Below the pieces are notes generated by a model. The model made no database searches and was not told the DNA's origin. It saw only the letters and a list, made by a program, of their open reading frames with translations. A stretch of 20,000 bases of DNA, from the IMG/VR virus record IMGVR_UViG_3300044715_001089, one strand, 5' to 3'. Positions 6,721-15,086 of this stretch are shown here, one piece after another; positions within the stretch are counted from its first letter, which is position 1, and every line of letters starts with the position of its first letter. The position numbers and the translations under genes are program-made. The DNA is from an uncultured virus (IMG/VR IMGVR_UViG_3300044715_001089). Taxonomy: Duplodnaviria; Heunggongvirae; Uroviricota; Caudoviricetes.

Positions 6721-7116
6721 TCATAATACATTAAACCTGTTAATAATTTCATTCATATACAAAGTAGATATGGAATGAAATCTTTCGTTGTCTTGTATTA
6801 AGATAGAGTTGTAACCCAATATTACAGCATTACCATATATAACTTCATTAATATAATAAGTATTAGTGTAGTCTCTATATATAGAAGTTGCTAGGATATT
6901 AGATTCTTTAATTGATCTTTCATGGTCTTCATGAAAGATTAGACAATGGTTATTCTTTAATATTAATAAAGATAAGTTCTCTTCTGATAATCCAGCGTAA
7001 TTAAAAACATCATTCAATGAAGCTTTAATAACTTGTGGATAAGAATCAAAAGGTATTAGAATAGATTGAAAGAAATCATCATCAAAAGATTTATGAACAT
7101 CTTTCAAGGTCTTCAT
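6721..7116 (-). CDS. hypothetical protein, weak DUF3846-like
   Basis: LIFHED......N.LAT.IY........IYGNAVILG resembles a divergent DUF3846 pattern. Confidence 0.5.
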   Translation of the reverse strand: MKTLKDVHKSFDDDFFQSILIPFDSYPQVIKASLNDVFNYAGLSEENLSLLILKNNHCLIFHEDHERSIKESNILATSIYRDYTNTYYINEVIYGNAVILGYNSILIQDNERFHSISTLYMNEIINRFNVL

Positions 7117-8693
7117 CTATTGACGTCTTCCCACCAAGATTTTGGAGCAAGAAAGGATCCTACTGCACCTTGCAGGTAACACCTAATGATACCTGTAGCT
7201 TTAGCGTAGGTTCCATCTGTATTCTTTAATCTATAATAGTTTAAACGGCCAGTATAATCTACTGGAATAGTAAACGTTTGACCACTGTCGCAAGTCAATA
7301 GATAATGAGTTAAAACATCTTTGCCATAATAAACATCAAGATATGTAATCGTGAATACATCATGGAGGTAAGAGTTATAGACAGACGACATAGAGTCTAA
7401 CGAAACAAGCAATGGTTTTCCTACTGCATATCCAGTAACGGGAGGAAGGGTTGTAGTTACTGGGACAGTAGTAGTGGTCACCGGAACAGTAGTAGTAGTT
7501 GTTGTAGTAGGTAACGTTGTAGTTGTTGCATTTGGAATAGTAGTAGTAGTTACTACTGGAGGAACAACCGGTGTAGTAGTGGAATCAATCAAGGACTTCA
7601 TATTAATTCGCTTAGTTATAATTCCAGTGAAATCATCAACAGCAGGCGAAGAAGTAGATTGAAAGTCAGTAATAACTTTATCTACAGATTGGACACCAAA
7701 CTTGGAACGGTACACGGCTAAAGCTCCGGCAACAAATGGAGTTGCCATTGAGGTACCAGAAGCTGAACCATAAGATCCCATCAACTTAGAAGAGTTAATG
7801 GCATAGCCAGGAGCCGACAGTGTAGTAAACTGAGATACGTTAGAAAATGTAGTTACTTTATCTGTAGAAGTATAAGTAGCAGCTACGCTAACGGCGGTAG
7901 AGATACAAGCAGGAGCTGACATACCAGCAGAATAATTGTTTCCAGAAGCAATAACTGTAGCAATATTCTTTGACTTTAAATTGTTAATAGCTTGAGTAAC
8001 ATCAGGAAGATAAGAATCGCAAGTAGATCTAAAAACAGTGTTACCACCAAGTGACATATTAACTGAAGTAATGTTGTAAGTATCAGCTAAAGAGTAGACA
8101 TAGTTTAAAGCTTTAACCATATCATCATCATAGGCTGCACCATATACGTCAAAAATGTTGATAGCTATGATCTTTGCACCTGGGGCAATTCCATGAAACT
8201 GTGAGTTGCTACCAGCAATGATACCAGCAACGTGTGTCCCGTGATAATGCACTGGGACAGCTGCTCCTGGTCCAATCATCTGATTGGTACCATTAGGGCA
8301 ACGAGTAGCAAAGCAGGCTTCTAGAGCTATCTTATCGGCTAAGAAAGGATGTGCTTTTTCTACGCCGGTATCAATGACAACAACGTAAGATCCTTGCCCA
8401 GTATAACCAGAATCATAAGAATAGTCTGCACCTATCTTAGGAATAGCTGTGGACAAAGAAAGTTTAAATTTAACTTTAGAGTTAGCAGTAGCAACTTTAG
8501 ACTTAGTCTTTACAACTTTCTTATAAGAATGAGACTTAACTCTTTTGTTAGTCTTTTTCTTAGGTTTAGAATTGGGTTTAGTTATTTCTGAACCGCCCTT
8601 GTTTTGGGCAGCTTGGGCTGGAATAGCATTAGTAAGTGTAAACGTAGTTAACATAACTAATGCTGTTATGTATTTAGTTAATTTATTGTTCAT
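7113..8693 (-). CDS. secreted S8 (subtilisin-like) serine protease with Thr-rich linker
   Basis: Signal peptide (...AIPAQA), VVVIDTG (Asp), HGTHVAG (His), ASGNN (oxyanion Asn), SGTSMATP (Ser); start taken at ATG 8693. Confidence 0.93.
   Translation of the reverse strand: MNNKLTKYITALVMLTTFTLTNAIPAQAAQNKGGSEITKPNSKPKKKTNKRVKSHSYKKVVKTKSKVATANSKVKFKLSLSTAIPKIGADYSYDSGYTGQGSYVVVIDTGVEKAHPFLADKIALEACFATRCPNGTNQMIGPGAAVPVHYHGTHVAGIIAGSNSQFHGIAPGAKIIAINIFDVYGAAYDDDMVKALNYVYSLADTYNITSVNMSLGGNTVFRSTCDSYLPDVTQAINNLKSKNIATVIASGNNYSAGMSAPACISTAVSVAATYTSTDKVTTFSNVSQFTTLSAPGYAINSSKLMGSYGSASGTSMATPFVAGALAVYRSKFGVQSVDKVITDFQSTSSPAVDDFTGIITKRINMKSLIDSTTTPVVPPVVTTTTIPNATTTTLPTTTTTTTVPVTTTTVPVTTTLPPVTGYAVGKPLLVSLDSMSSVYNSYLHDVFTITYLDVYYGKDVLTHYLLTCDSGQTFTIPVDYTGRLNYYRLKNTDGTYAKATGIIRCYLQGAVGSFLAPKSWWEDVNR
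7451..7580. repeat. (GTA/GTT)n low-complexity tract encoding a Thr/Pro/Val linker
   Basis: Runs of gtagtagtagtt within the protease CDS. Confidence 0.8.
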
Positions 8694-8719
8694 AGAATAG
8701 TTTCCGTAGGTGGTATTGA

Positions 8720-10399
8720 CTACCAACGTTTTTTAGATTCAATCTTATTTTGAAGCCATTTAGGCTTAGGATTGTTTTCGTAATACTTAGATATGATTTG
8801 AGAAGCCATACCTTTAGTCATGTCAGCAGTAAGGGGTATACCTAAACGCTTTAACATTTTCTTTTGAGGATCAGTAGGTCCATCAGTTCTCCATTGAGCA
8901 GAAGAATCGATTAGAACTAAAGATGCTGCACGATTCTCTTGAATCCATTTGTCAGTGCCGGAAAATACTGATCTAAGATTATCAGCTCTACCAATAATCT
9001 TAACTGAAGTTTTATCATTATCTTTATAATGAAGCTCAGTATTCCAACGACCCAAAGCATCTAATGTTATATGCATGGACTCATTATTATTAAGACCTAG
9101 GTGGTAAGAGTTTTCACCGATCTCTGCCCATACATACTTAGAGTATTCTAAGATAGCAGGGTTTGGTGGTGGTGGCATAAACAAGTTAATGCGTTTGTAT
9201 GCACCTTGAATATCATCTGGATTAAGTACACGAATAGCTTCACCAGGACAATAGTCTTCTAGCTCTTCATACTTCTTAGCGACGTCTGTTAGGCTCTGTC
9301 CTTGTAAATCGAACTCTGGTGGCATTCCCAAAAGAGTAGGAAGGCCAATAGGCTTCTTCCCCCTCGTGGTGTCTGCAATATCGATAATCGTACAATGTTC
9401 TTTGCCTTCGAATAGACGGGTACCTCGACCAACAATCTGAGTATACAGAAGTGTTGATCTGGTTGGTTTAGCTAAGATAATTGTTTCCAATGAGGGTTCA
9501 TCAAAACCTTCGGTGAGAACACCTACATTGACAATTACTTTAAGTTTATTCGTAGAAAAATCCTGAAGGATCTTTTGACGTTCTTCGTGAGGAGTTGTCC
9601 CCACGATTACTTCGCATTCTACCGACGCTTGTCGAAAGGATAAGGCCAGGTTTTCGGCGTGTCGAACGCCGGATGCGAATACAATGGCTTTCGTAGCCAT
9701 TGCCAAATTGCGATAGGTAGCGACAACAAAAGCGTTGCGCTCAGGAGTATCCACTTTTTCTTCGAGTTGATCTTGAGCATATTCACCGTTTCTAATTTCG
9801 ACATCTGATATGTCTACATTTGTTTTAACTCTATATCCGATGAGGGGACTAAGCCAGCCATCTTCAATGAGATCTTGTATTGATTTATAGTAAACTATCT
9901 CATCGAAAACATCAATGAGTCTAACCGAATCCGACCTTTGCGGCGTTGCCGTAACTCCCAACAGAAAAGGAGGATTAAAGTAATCAACAATTCTTCTGTA
10001 AGAAGGAGCAGCAGCATGGTGGGCTTCGTCAATAACGATAGACTTAAAATAGTCATTAGGATATCCTTCAATACGGGGTGTGCCACTACGACCTAAGGTA
10101 GCTACAGAAGCTACCACTACGTCTACATGGCCAGCTTTACGATCAGCTTGCTCTATCTCTACAGTAAGTGTAGGGTTAGATGCCATGATCTTATTGCGGG
10201 CCTGCTCTAATAGCTCTGCACGATGTGCAAGAACGAGCATAGGTAGAGTGTTCTTGCGAATAACTGGTAGATGAGAAAACAAAACTGTTTTACCGGCACC
10301 AGTAGGGAGTACTACAAGTTGTTTACTAATTCCTTTTCCTTCATGGAATAGGATAGCATCAAGAGCTTCTTGCTGGTAGGGTCTAAGGGTAACGGTCAT
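8720..10399 (-). CDS. superfamily 2 DEAH helicase (Irc3/RadD-like)
   Basis: LRPYQ, LPTGAGKT, DEAHH, TAT, LTEGFD and QIVGRGTR motifs; C-terminal AQWR...T..Q segment. Confidence 0.93.
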   Translation of the reverse strand: MTVTLRPYQQEALDAILFHEGKGISKQLVVLPTGAGKTVLFSHLPVIRKNTLPMLVLAHRAELLEQARNKIMASNPTLTVEIEQADRKAGHVDVVVASVATLGRSGTPRIEGYPNDYFKSIVIDEAHHAAAPSYRRIVDYFNPPFLLGVTATPQRSDSVRLIDVFDEIVYYKSIQDLIEDGWLSPLIGYRVKTNVDISDVEIRNGEYAQDQLEEKVDTPERNAFVVATYRNLAMATKAIVFASGVRHAENLALSFRQASVECEVIVGTTPHEERQKILQDFSTNKLKVIVNVGVLTEGFDEPSLETIILAKPTRSTLLYTQIVGRGTRLFEGKEHCTIIDIADTTRGKKPIGLPTLLGMPPEFDLQGQSLTDVAKKYEELEDYCPGEAIRVLNPDDIQGAYKRINLFMPPPPNPAILEYSKYVWAEIGENSYHLGLNNNESMHITLDALGRWNTELHYKDNDKTSVKIIGRADNLRSVFSGTDKWIQENRAASLVLIDSSAQWRTDGPTDPQKKMLKRLGIPLTADMTKGMASQIISKYYENNPKPKWLQNKIESKKRW

Positions 10400-10487
10400 G
10401 TTTAAATTCCTTAAAAGAATTTGTTAGAATAATGGACAATAATTCTAATTGTAAAGTAGATTACCAAACAAGTTGGAATAATCATAA

Positions 10488-10697
10488 TTAGAATAAAGGT
10501 TCATAGAAGATTTCATCAACCATGAACTCATCCATTTTATCATATGGATTATCAAAAGAAACAACTTGATTAACCAAGTAACAATCTTCTTTAGTGACAA
10601 GATATTTATCTTGATTAGAAATAGAAGCTTTAGCTTTTGAATTTTTTGTATTATAAGTTTTACTTAAGCTACGTTTAGTTATATTTTTTATTAACAT
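10488..10697 (-). CDS. hypothetical protein
   Basis: 69-aa ORF with no clear SD. Confidence 0.45.
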   Translation of the reverse strand: MLIKNITKRSLSKTYNTKNSKAKASISNQDKYLVTKEDCYLVNQVVSFDNPYDKMDEFMVDEIFYEPLF

Positions 10698-10712
10698 ATA
10701 TTTATATAATTT

Positions 10713-11342
10713 CTAGATCTTGACAAGTATCTTGTCACCGATCATTGATGGGGGAAGTGTGTAGGGAAAATCCCTAAAAGAATAATAATTAATTAAAGTA
10801 TTAAAAGGAAATGGAGATTGTTTAATGTGTGACATGATATAAAACAACTCAGTAAGAGTACCACTTGCATCCAAAGATACAGCAGCTTCATCATCAAGCA
10901 TAGAAGCAATATTAAATTCATCATGTAACCAGATAACATTGTTATCAGAATCTACTTGATAGGGCATGATTACAAGACAAGATGAACTACGAGAAGCAAA
11001 GCTAAGAGTAAGACAATCTTCTTTCTTAGTAGCTTCACCAGTAGATTCATGAGACCTTAAGGTAACGTCACTAGACATCATGAATGAATGACCCTCTAAT
11101 GCGCTATAGGAATAGAGCATTTCGGCAAAGCAGGTGTACATGTCTTTCTTAGAAGTATAAGGACGAGCTTCTAGTGCAAACATAGGACTTGAATCATGGT
11201 CGTAAATTACAAGCATTGGGTTGTAAGAGTCAGGTCCGTTTTCTTTAACGCAAGCTTCAAAGGTCTTTTGAAGACTAGCGATTTCTACTTCAGGATTCTG
11301 ATGAATACCAAATTCATTTAGAAGATCAACATCAAAACTCAT
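10713..11342 (-). CDS. hypothetical protein
   Basis: 209 aa, GAGG SD, ATGA coupling. Confidence 0.8.
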   Translation of the reverse strand: MSFDVDLLNEFGIHQNPEVEIASLQKTFEACVKENGPDSYNPMLVIYDHDSSPMFALEARPYTSKKDMYTCFAEMLYSYSALEGHSFMMSSDVTLRSHESTGEATKKEDCLTLSFASRSSSCLVIMPYQVDSDNNVIWLHDEFNIASMLDDEAAVSLDASGTLTELFYIMSHIKQSPFPFNTLINYYSFRDFPYTLPPSMIGDKILVKI

Positions 11343-11686
11343 AGTTGAACCTCATTGATAACGCCAAATGTAGCGTAGGTAAGATAGGCAAAGATAGCAA
11401 GAGTAAATCCTGCAGGAACAAACATGCCCATGGATATAAATGCGTAGACTCCAAGAGCAGAGATTAAAGCCTCAGTTGCCCAATAGGAAATCAAAGATCC
11501 AACTTTAACTTCTGGTCTAGCAAAGAACTCTTTTGTTTTAGTTGCACTAATACGTGTAAGCCTTTTACTTTTAGTAAAGAGCGTATCTTGAGATACGTAC
11601 TGTGGTACATGATAAGCGATTTCAAGATCGTTCATCTTGAGTCTATCGAAGAACGATGCGTATGGGGTTGGTGTAATAATAGTCAT
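11339..11686 (-). CDS. hypothetical membrane protein (two C-terminal TM helices)
   Basis: AAGGA SD; hydrophobic C-terminal half. Confidence 0.75.
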   Translation of the reverse strand: MTIITPTPYASFFDRLKMNDLEIAYHVPQYVSQDTLFTKSKRLTRISATKTKEFFARPEVKVGSLISYWATEALISALGVYAFISMGMFVPAGFTLAIFAYLTYATFGVINEVQL

Positions 11687-11860
11687 AACTATTCCTTACT
11701 GTAAAGATAATATATTTTTGTTTTGTATATACTTAAAAGGATAAGTATATGGCTGTACGATCCACTAATAATCCGGTGCCGAAGAACTCCGTTTATTTTT
11801 TTTTTTGAGAATATTAAATAGTTTTTTCTTTGTATAAACTAAACATGATTAATTCAAATC

Positions 11861-12097
11861 TTATTCAGAAAACATTTCATCCCAACACTTCGGGTGAGTA
11901 CCTGAAATCATCCATTCACGAATGTCTGGAGCTGTATCAGGAAAAACATCTTGAGCATACTCTAGATTTTTAACCCATCGATCGTACTGATCTTGTGTCA
12001 TTAAAAAGAATACTTCATCATTACAATGAAGGCATATCTTTTGAACAAAACAAGGAGCTACTTCTTTAGTGAGTCTATAATAGATCACATTGGTCAT
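11861..12097 (-). CDS. small phage protein, putative metal-binding
   Basis: CLHC ... QDVFP...REWMISGTHPKCW.EMF pattern (CxxC plus HxxC). Confidence 0.7.
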   Translation of the reverse strand: MTNVIYYRLTKEVAPCFVQKICLHCNDEVFFLMTQDQYDRWVKNLEYAQDVFPDTAPDIREWMISGTHPKCWDEMFSE

Positions 12098-12121
12098 AAT
12101 GGTACCTTTTAAAAATAGAGT

Positions 12122-12189
12122 AAAAGCCAGCTGTCATATTTAGTGAGCCGAGCTGGCGTCGGTCATTCTCCTGCATATGACTAAGCAGG
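12122..12189 (-). promoter_or_regulatory. candidate attenuator/riboswitch-like leader: terminator with kissing-loop partner
   Basis: GCCAGCT/AGCTGGC stem followed by UUUU; upstream CCTGC/GCAGG hairpin; the two loops are complementary over 7 nt. Confidence 0.45.
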
Positions 12190-12319
12190 TCTTAAGACTT
12201 TAATCCTAGAGCACAAGAAAGGATTATTTCTTTGTACCCAATAAACACACACATTTAATCATAATACATCTAAGCATTATAAGTTCAATGAACTTGTACT
12301 CTAGGAAATCTTAATTGGG

Positions 12320-12664
12320 TTAGGCTGTAAGCATTACCCAAAGATCGATCATCTTTGTTTGTTCGTTGAGAACAGACGCTGAAGAGATACTGAGATTATC
12401 TTTTGCTGCGCGAGCAAACAATGATGCACGAAGGGTGCTCAGTTGCTTTTTGTCGGTGATGGGAATGTTTACGTGGAACCACTGGTTACGCTTACCTACA
12501 AGCTCGTTGTAGATTGCGGTAATCACTGGATTACGCTTACGGCCTTTGCCTGCACCGATTGGTGGCTCGCCTTGGATTGGTGTGAGCAGCTTGGTTGGCT
12601 CAGCCATCTTGAACCGCCCTGGGTTCTGATGTACTTGAGTCTCTGTACTTGTTATCATAGGCAT
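12320..12664 (-). CDS. hypothetical basic protein
   Basis: 114 aa, GAGG SD, GKGRKR basic patch. Confidence 0.75.
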   Translation of the reverse strand: MPMITSTETQVHQNPGRFKMAEPTKLLTPIQGEPPIGAGKGRKRNPVITAIYNELVGKRNQWFHVNIPITDKKQLSTLRASLFARAAKDNLSISSASVLNEQTKMIDLWVMLTA

Positions 12665-12721
12665 GATTTACCTCTTATTATATAGTGGTGATAGGAACTG
12701 AAATTGTTCATTGCTTTTTAT

Positions 12722-13477
12722 TCAATAAGGATTATTAGGTGGGGCAATGTAACTAGAATTTTTGAATGAAGATGATGGCTCTTGTCCAATAACTTCTATG
12801 TATCGGATCTGATGCCAGTGAGACAAGAAGATCTTAGTTGCATAGCGTCGAGCTTGAGCTTCTAGCCTGGAGTCTTCTGTGTCAGCACCTGAATCATCTC
12901 GTTGTTTGATTCTACGGTCAAGCTCTTTAGTATAGAGTTGACCGTAAAAGGAATCAGGAACAGTAGCAAAAGATTTGCCGATCTTCCAAGTAAGATTCTT
13001 TAAGAATGGGTTCCAAGATCCTGGTTGAGCAGTACTTGGATTAAGACCACAATAGCTCCATAAGTTATTAAAGTTAGGAGCTTTGTGAATATCTATCGTA
13101 GACAACAACGCAGCAGAGGCAGCTTGTCCGATACCAGGCTGTTGTAAAGCCCAGGTACCAGTCACAGTGGAGTGGTTATAGTCACTAAAGATGGGAGTAG
13201 TAGAATTCTCTAATCCTCTTAGATAATGAGAATATGATTTAAAAACAGATGAGTTCTTAGAATCATTGAGATCTAGCAACGAGATCCGTGTGTCTTCTAT
13301 GTCATAATAGAAAGATACAAGGTTTTCCATTTCTGTAGTATCAAAACCACGAGAAATAAAATTAAATTTGCGTGACATTATAGACACAACATCTACGCTC
13401 ATAAGGGTGTCTGATTCAATATCTAATTGGGCTAGATCTTGATTGTGAACATGGTCATAGTTAATTTGATTATTCAT
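12722..13477 (-). CDS. IS110-related Nop-domain protein lacking RuvC (TasA-like)
   Basis: PGIGQAASAALLSTIDI...LWSYCGLNP...WNPFLK.L.WKIGKSF...YG.LY...ARRYATKIFL matches the Transposase_20/Nop fold; no N-terminal DEDD domain. Confidence 0.7.
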   Translation of the reverse strand: MNNQINYDHVHNQDLAQLDIESDTLMSVDVVSIMSRKFNFISRGFDTTEMENLVSFYYDIEDTRISLLDLNDSKNSSVFKSYSHYLRGLENSTTPIFSDYNHSTVTGTWALQQPGIGQAASAALLSTIDIHKAPNFNNLWSYCGLNPSTAQPGSWNPFLKNLTWKIGKSFATVPDSFYGQLYTKELDRRIKQRDDSGADTEDSRLEAQARRYATKIFLSHWHQIRYIEVIGQEPSSSFKNSSYIAPPNNPY

Positions 13478-13739
13478 TAGGTGTTTCTTGAAGTTTAAAG
13501 TTATTATAGATGAATCTTACTAGTAGGGCAGCAAGATGTTCATCGTAGCCAGGAAAATCAGAATGACATGAGCAGTCGCTGCAGTCAGCATCTTCATACG
13601 AGCAATCGTCACAGCAGTCGCCGTCGTCATCGTCGTATTCATACTCTTCTACATTGGCATCGATAATGTATTGTAGTATGATTTCTTTTATTTTAGACTT
13701 AGAGTCTAGTTCTTCTGGTAGGTAGTTAGTTTTAGGCAT
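13470..13739 (-). CDS. hypothetical protein with Asp/Cys-rich cluster
   Basis: Start moved to ATG 13739 (AAGGA SD); contains DDDDGDCCDDCSYEDADCSDCSCH. Confidence 0.65.
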   Translation of the reverse strand: MPKTNYLPEELDSKSKIKEIILQYIIDANVEEYEYDDDDGDCCDDCSYEDADCSDCSCHSDFPGYDEHLAALLVRFIYNNFKLQETPNE

Positions 13740-13785
13740 AGGGATATCCTTATGATTAAGGGTAATGATTCTTGTGTTTTGCATT

Positions 13786-13807
13786 AAGGGGAATGGGTAT
13801 TCCCCTT
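13786..13807. terminator. hairpin after the transglycosylase gene
   Basis: AAGGGGAAT-GGGT-ATTCCCCTT; only a short U-tract on the minus strand. Confidence 0.45.
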
Positions 13808-13817
13808 TTACTGCAAA

Positions 13818-14693
13818 CTAGCGTACAGAAGTAGCTTTAACATTCCAGTTTCTAAGTCTGCCACTAGAGAAGTGGAGAATCCAACTGGCGAATAAAGCAT
13901 TGACTGCTGGTGTCATTAGATCGTCAGGGGCATAACCAAATTGTTCTCTTAATGTTTTAAACCATGAAGAGTTGATTTGGAGCAGACCTGAGTCGTATGA
14001 ACCGTTAGAGTTGAGGGTCCAGACTATATGCCCGTTTTCCCATTTAGCATTGACGGCTCCAGGATTACACCTAGATTCACGCCAAGCGATATAAGAAAAC
14101 ACTTTGTGTGGCAGGGCATACTTCTTAAAAGTATCTTCAAACTGTGGACAGTAAAATTCTTTACCTACAGGAAGTTTAACTTTAAGAACTGTGTCTTTTT
14201 TAGGTTTGAGGTAAGTATTATTTTTAATACAGCCCCAACCATTAAAGCCAACAGCTGGTCTAAAGAATGGTGTGTTATTAGTTCTGTCTTCGACAGTCAT
14301 AAACTCATTCTTTGTTTGGTAGCCAAACACTGCAATTCTGTTAGCCACTACGATCTGTTCAAGAACAGTCGCTTTGGAAGGATGAGATGCAAACTCTTTG
14401 CCACCATATCCTTGCCATGTGGATTTAGCTATGCCAAGTCCACCACCCCAGTTGCCACCGTCTTGCCAGTCCTGGCGAGTCTCGCATTGGGCTACTTTAG
14501 TCCAGTACTTAATAGAAGGTCCCATCTTAAATTCGACGGACTTCCACTTAGTAGGAGTACTGAGTAGGGTGGTACTTCGGGGCTCGGAAGAAAGCTCCGA
14601 GACGCCTCCAGTTGCTGCACCAGCAGCAGAGCTAACAACAACAGATGTTACTAGCATTGTTAATATTAATATTATCACTCGTAGTATGCGCAT
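13818..14693 (-). CDS. secreted dual lytic transglycosylase (Rpf-like domain + SLT domain)
   Basis: Signal peptide; WTKVAQCET..W.....GGGL.I..STW..YGG......AT..EQI.VA.RI (Rpf); IAWRESRCNP.AVN...DSGLLQIN..W...L..P..N (SLT); AAGGAG SD. Confidence 0.88.
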   Translation of the reverse strand: MRILRVIILILTMLVTSVVVSSAAGAATGGVSELSSEPRSTTLLSTPTKWKSVEFKMGPSIKYWTKVAQCETRQDWQDGGNWGGGLGIAKSTWQGYGGKEFASHPSKATVLEQIVVANRIAVFGYQTKNEFMTVEDRTNNTPFFRPAVGFNGWGCIKNNTYLKPKKDTVLKVKLPVGKEFYCPQFEDTFKKYALPHKVFSYIAWRESRCNPGAVNAKWENGHIVWTLNSNGSYDSGLLQINSSWFKTLREQFGYAPDDLMTPAVNALFASWILHFSSGRLRNWNVKATSVR

Positions 14694-14889
14694 TTTATTC
14701 GCTCCTTTTCGATTGGGTTTGAAATCTTAAAAACAGATTTCATTAGCATCGCGCAGGTTGCGAAATCGAATGTTCCGGACACAACGAATTGTCCGTTCAA
14801 CAAAAGACAGGTTTGCCTTCTCCGACTTCACAGTATAACTGTTACGTAAGGGATTGTTTCCCTGCCCGCTTGTCAACGGGCATGTATAT

Positions 14890-14898
14890 AGTATAACA
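14890..14898 (-). promoter_or_regulatory. extended -10 promoter (TG-T-TATACT) ahead of a ~190-nt structured leader
   Basis: TGTTATACT lies just upstream of the first leader hairpin. Confidence 0.5.
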
Positions 14899-14927
14899 CA
14901 TTGGATATGGGTGGTTCCAGTTGGTGT

Positions 14928-15086
14928 TCAGCTACATTCCTCCTTGTTAGGACTATTAGAAAGGTCTTGCCTAAGAAGACGAACTTCTTCGGTAAGTTGA
15001 TCAATTTTTTGAGCAACCAAGACTATTGACCTAGTGAGTAGATTTACATCAACAGGGTGCTGTTGAGTTCTATCTTTCTTAGCCAT
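14928..15086 (-). CDS. small coiled-coil protein (52 aa, MAKKDRTQQHPVDVNLL...KIDQLTEEVRLLRQDL...)
   Basis: Translated by hand; AAGGA SD; heptad pattern. Confidence 0.65.
   Translation of the reverse strand: MAKKDRTQQHPVDVNLLTRSIVLVAQKIDQLTEEVRLLRQDLSNSPNKEECS

Noticed and set aside
7451..7580. GTA-repeat tract as a functional DNA repeat
   Set aside because: It is fully explained by the Thr-rich protease linker.
12466..12480. Second parS-like sequence TGTTTACGTGGAACC
   Set aside because: It has a one-base deletion and a mismatch relative to the consensus and lies inside a CDS.
12722..13477. Active IS110 insertion sequence
   Set aside because: There is no DEDD/RuvC domain or non-coding IS ends, and the gene overlaps its upstream neighbour.
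14790..14825. c-di-GMP-I or c-di-AMP riboswitch upstream of the rpf gene (GGCAAACC motif)
   Set aside because: The GAAA-tetraloop P2 and GGACGCAAAG elements are absent, and no ydaO consensus is visible.
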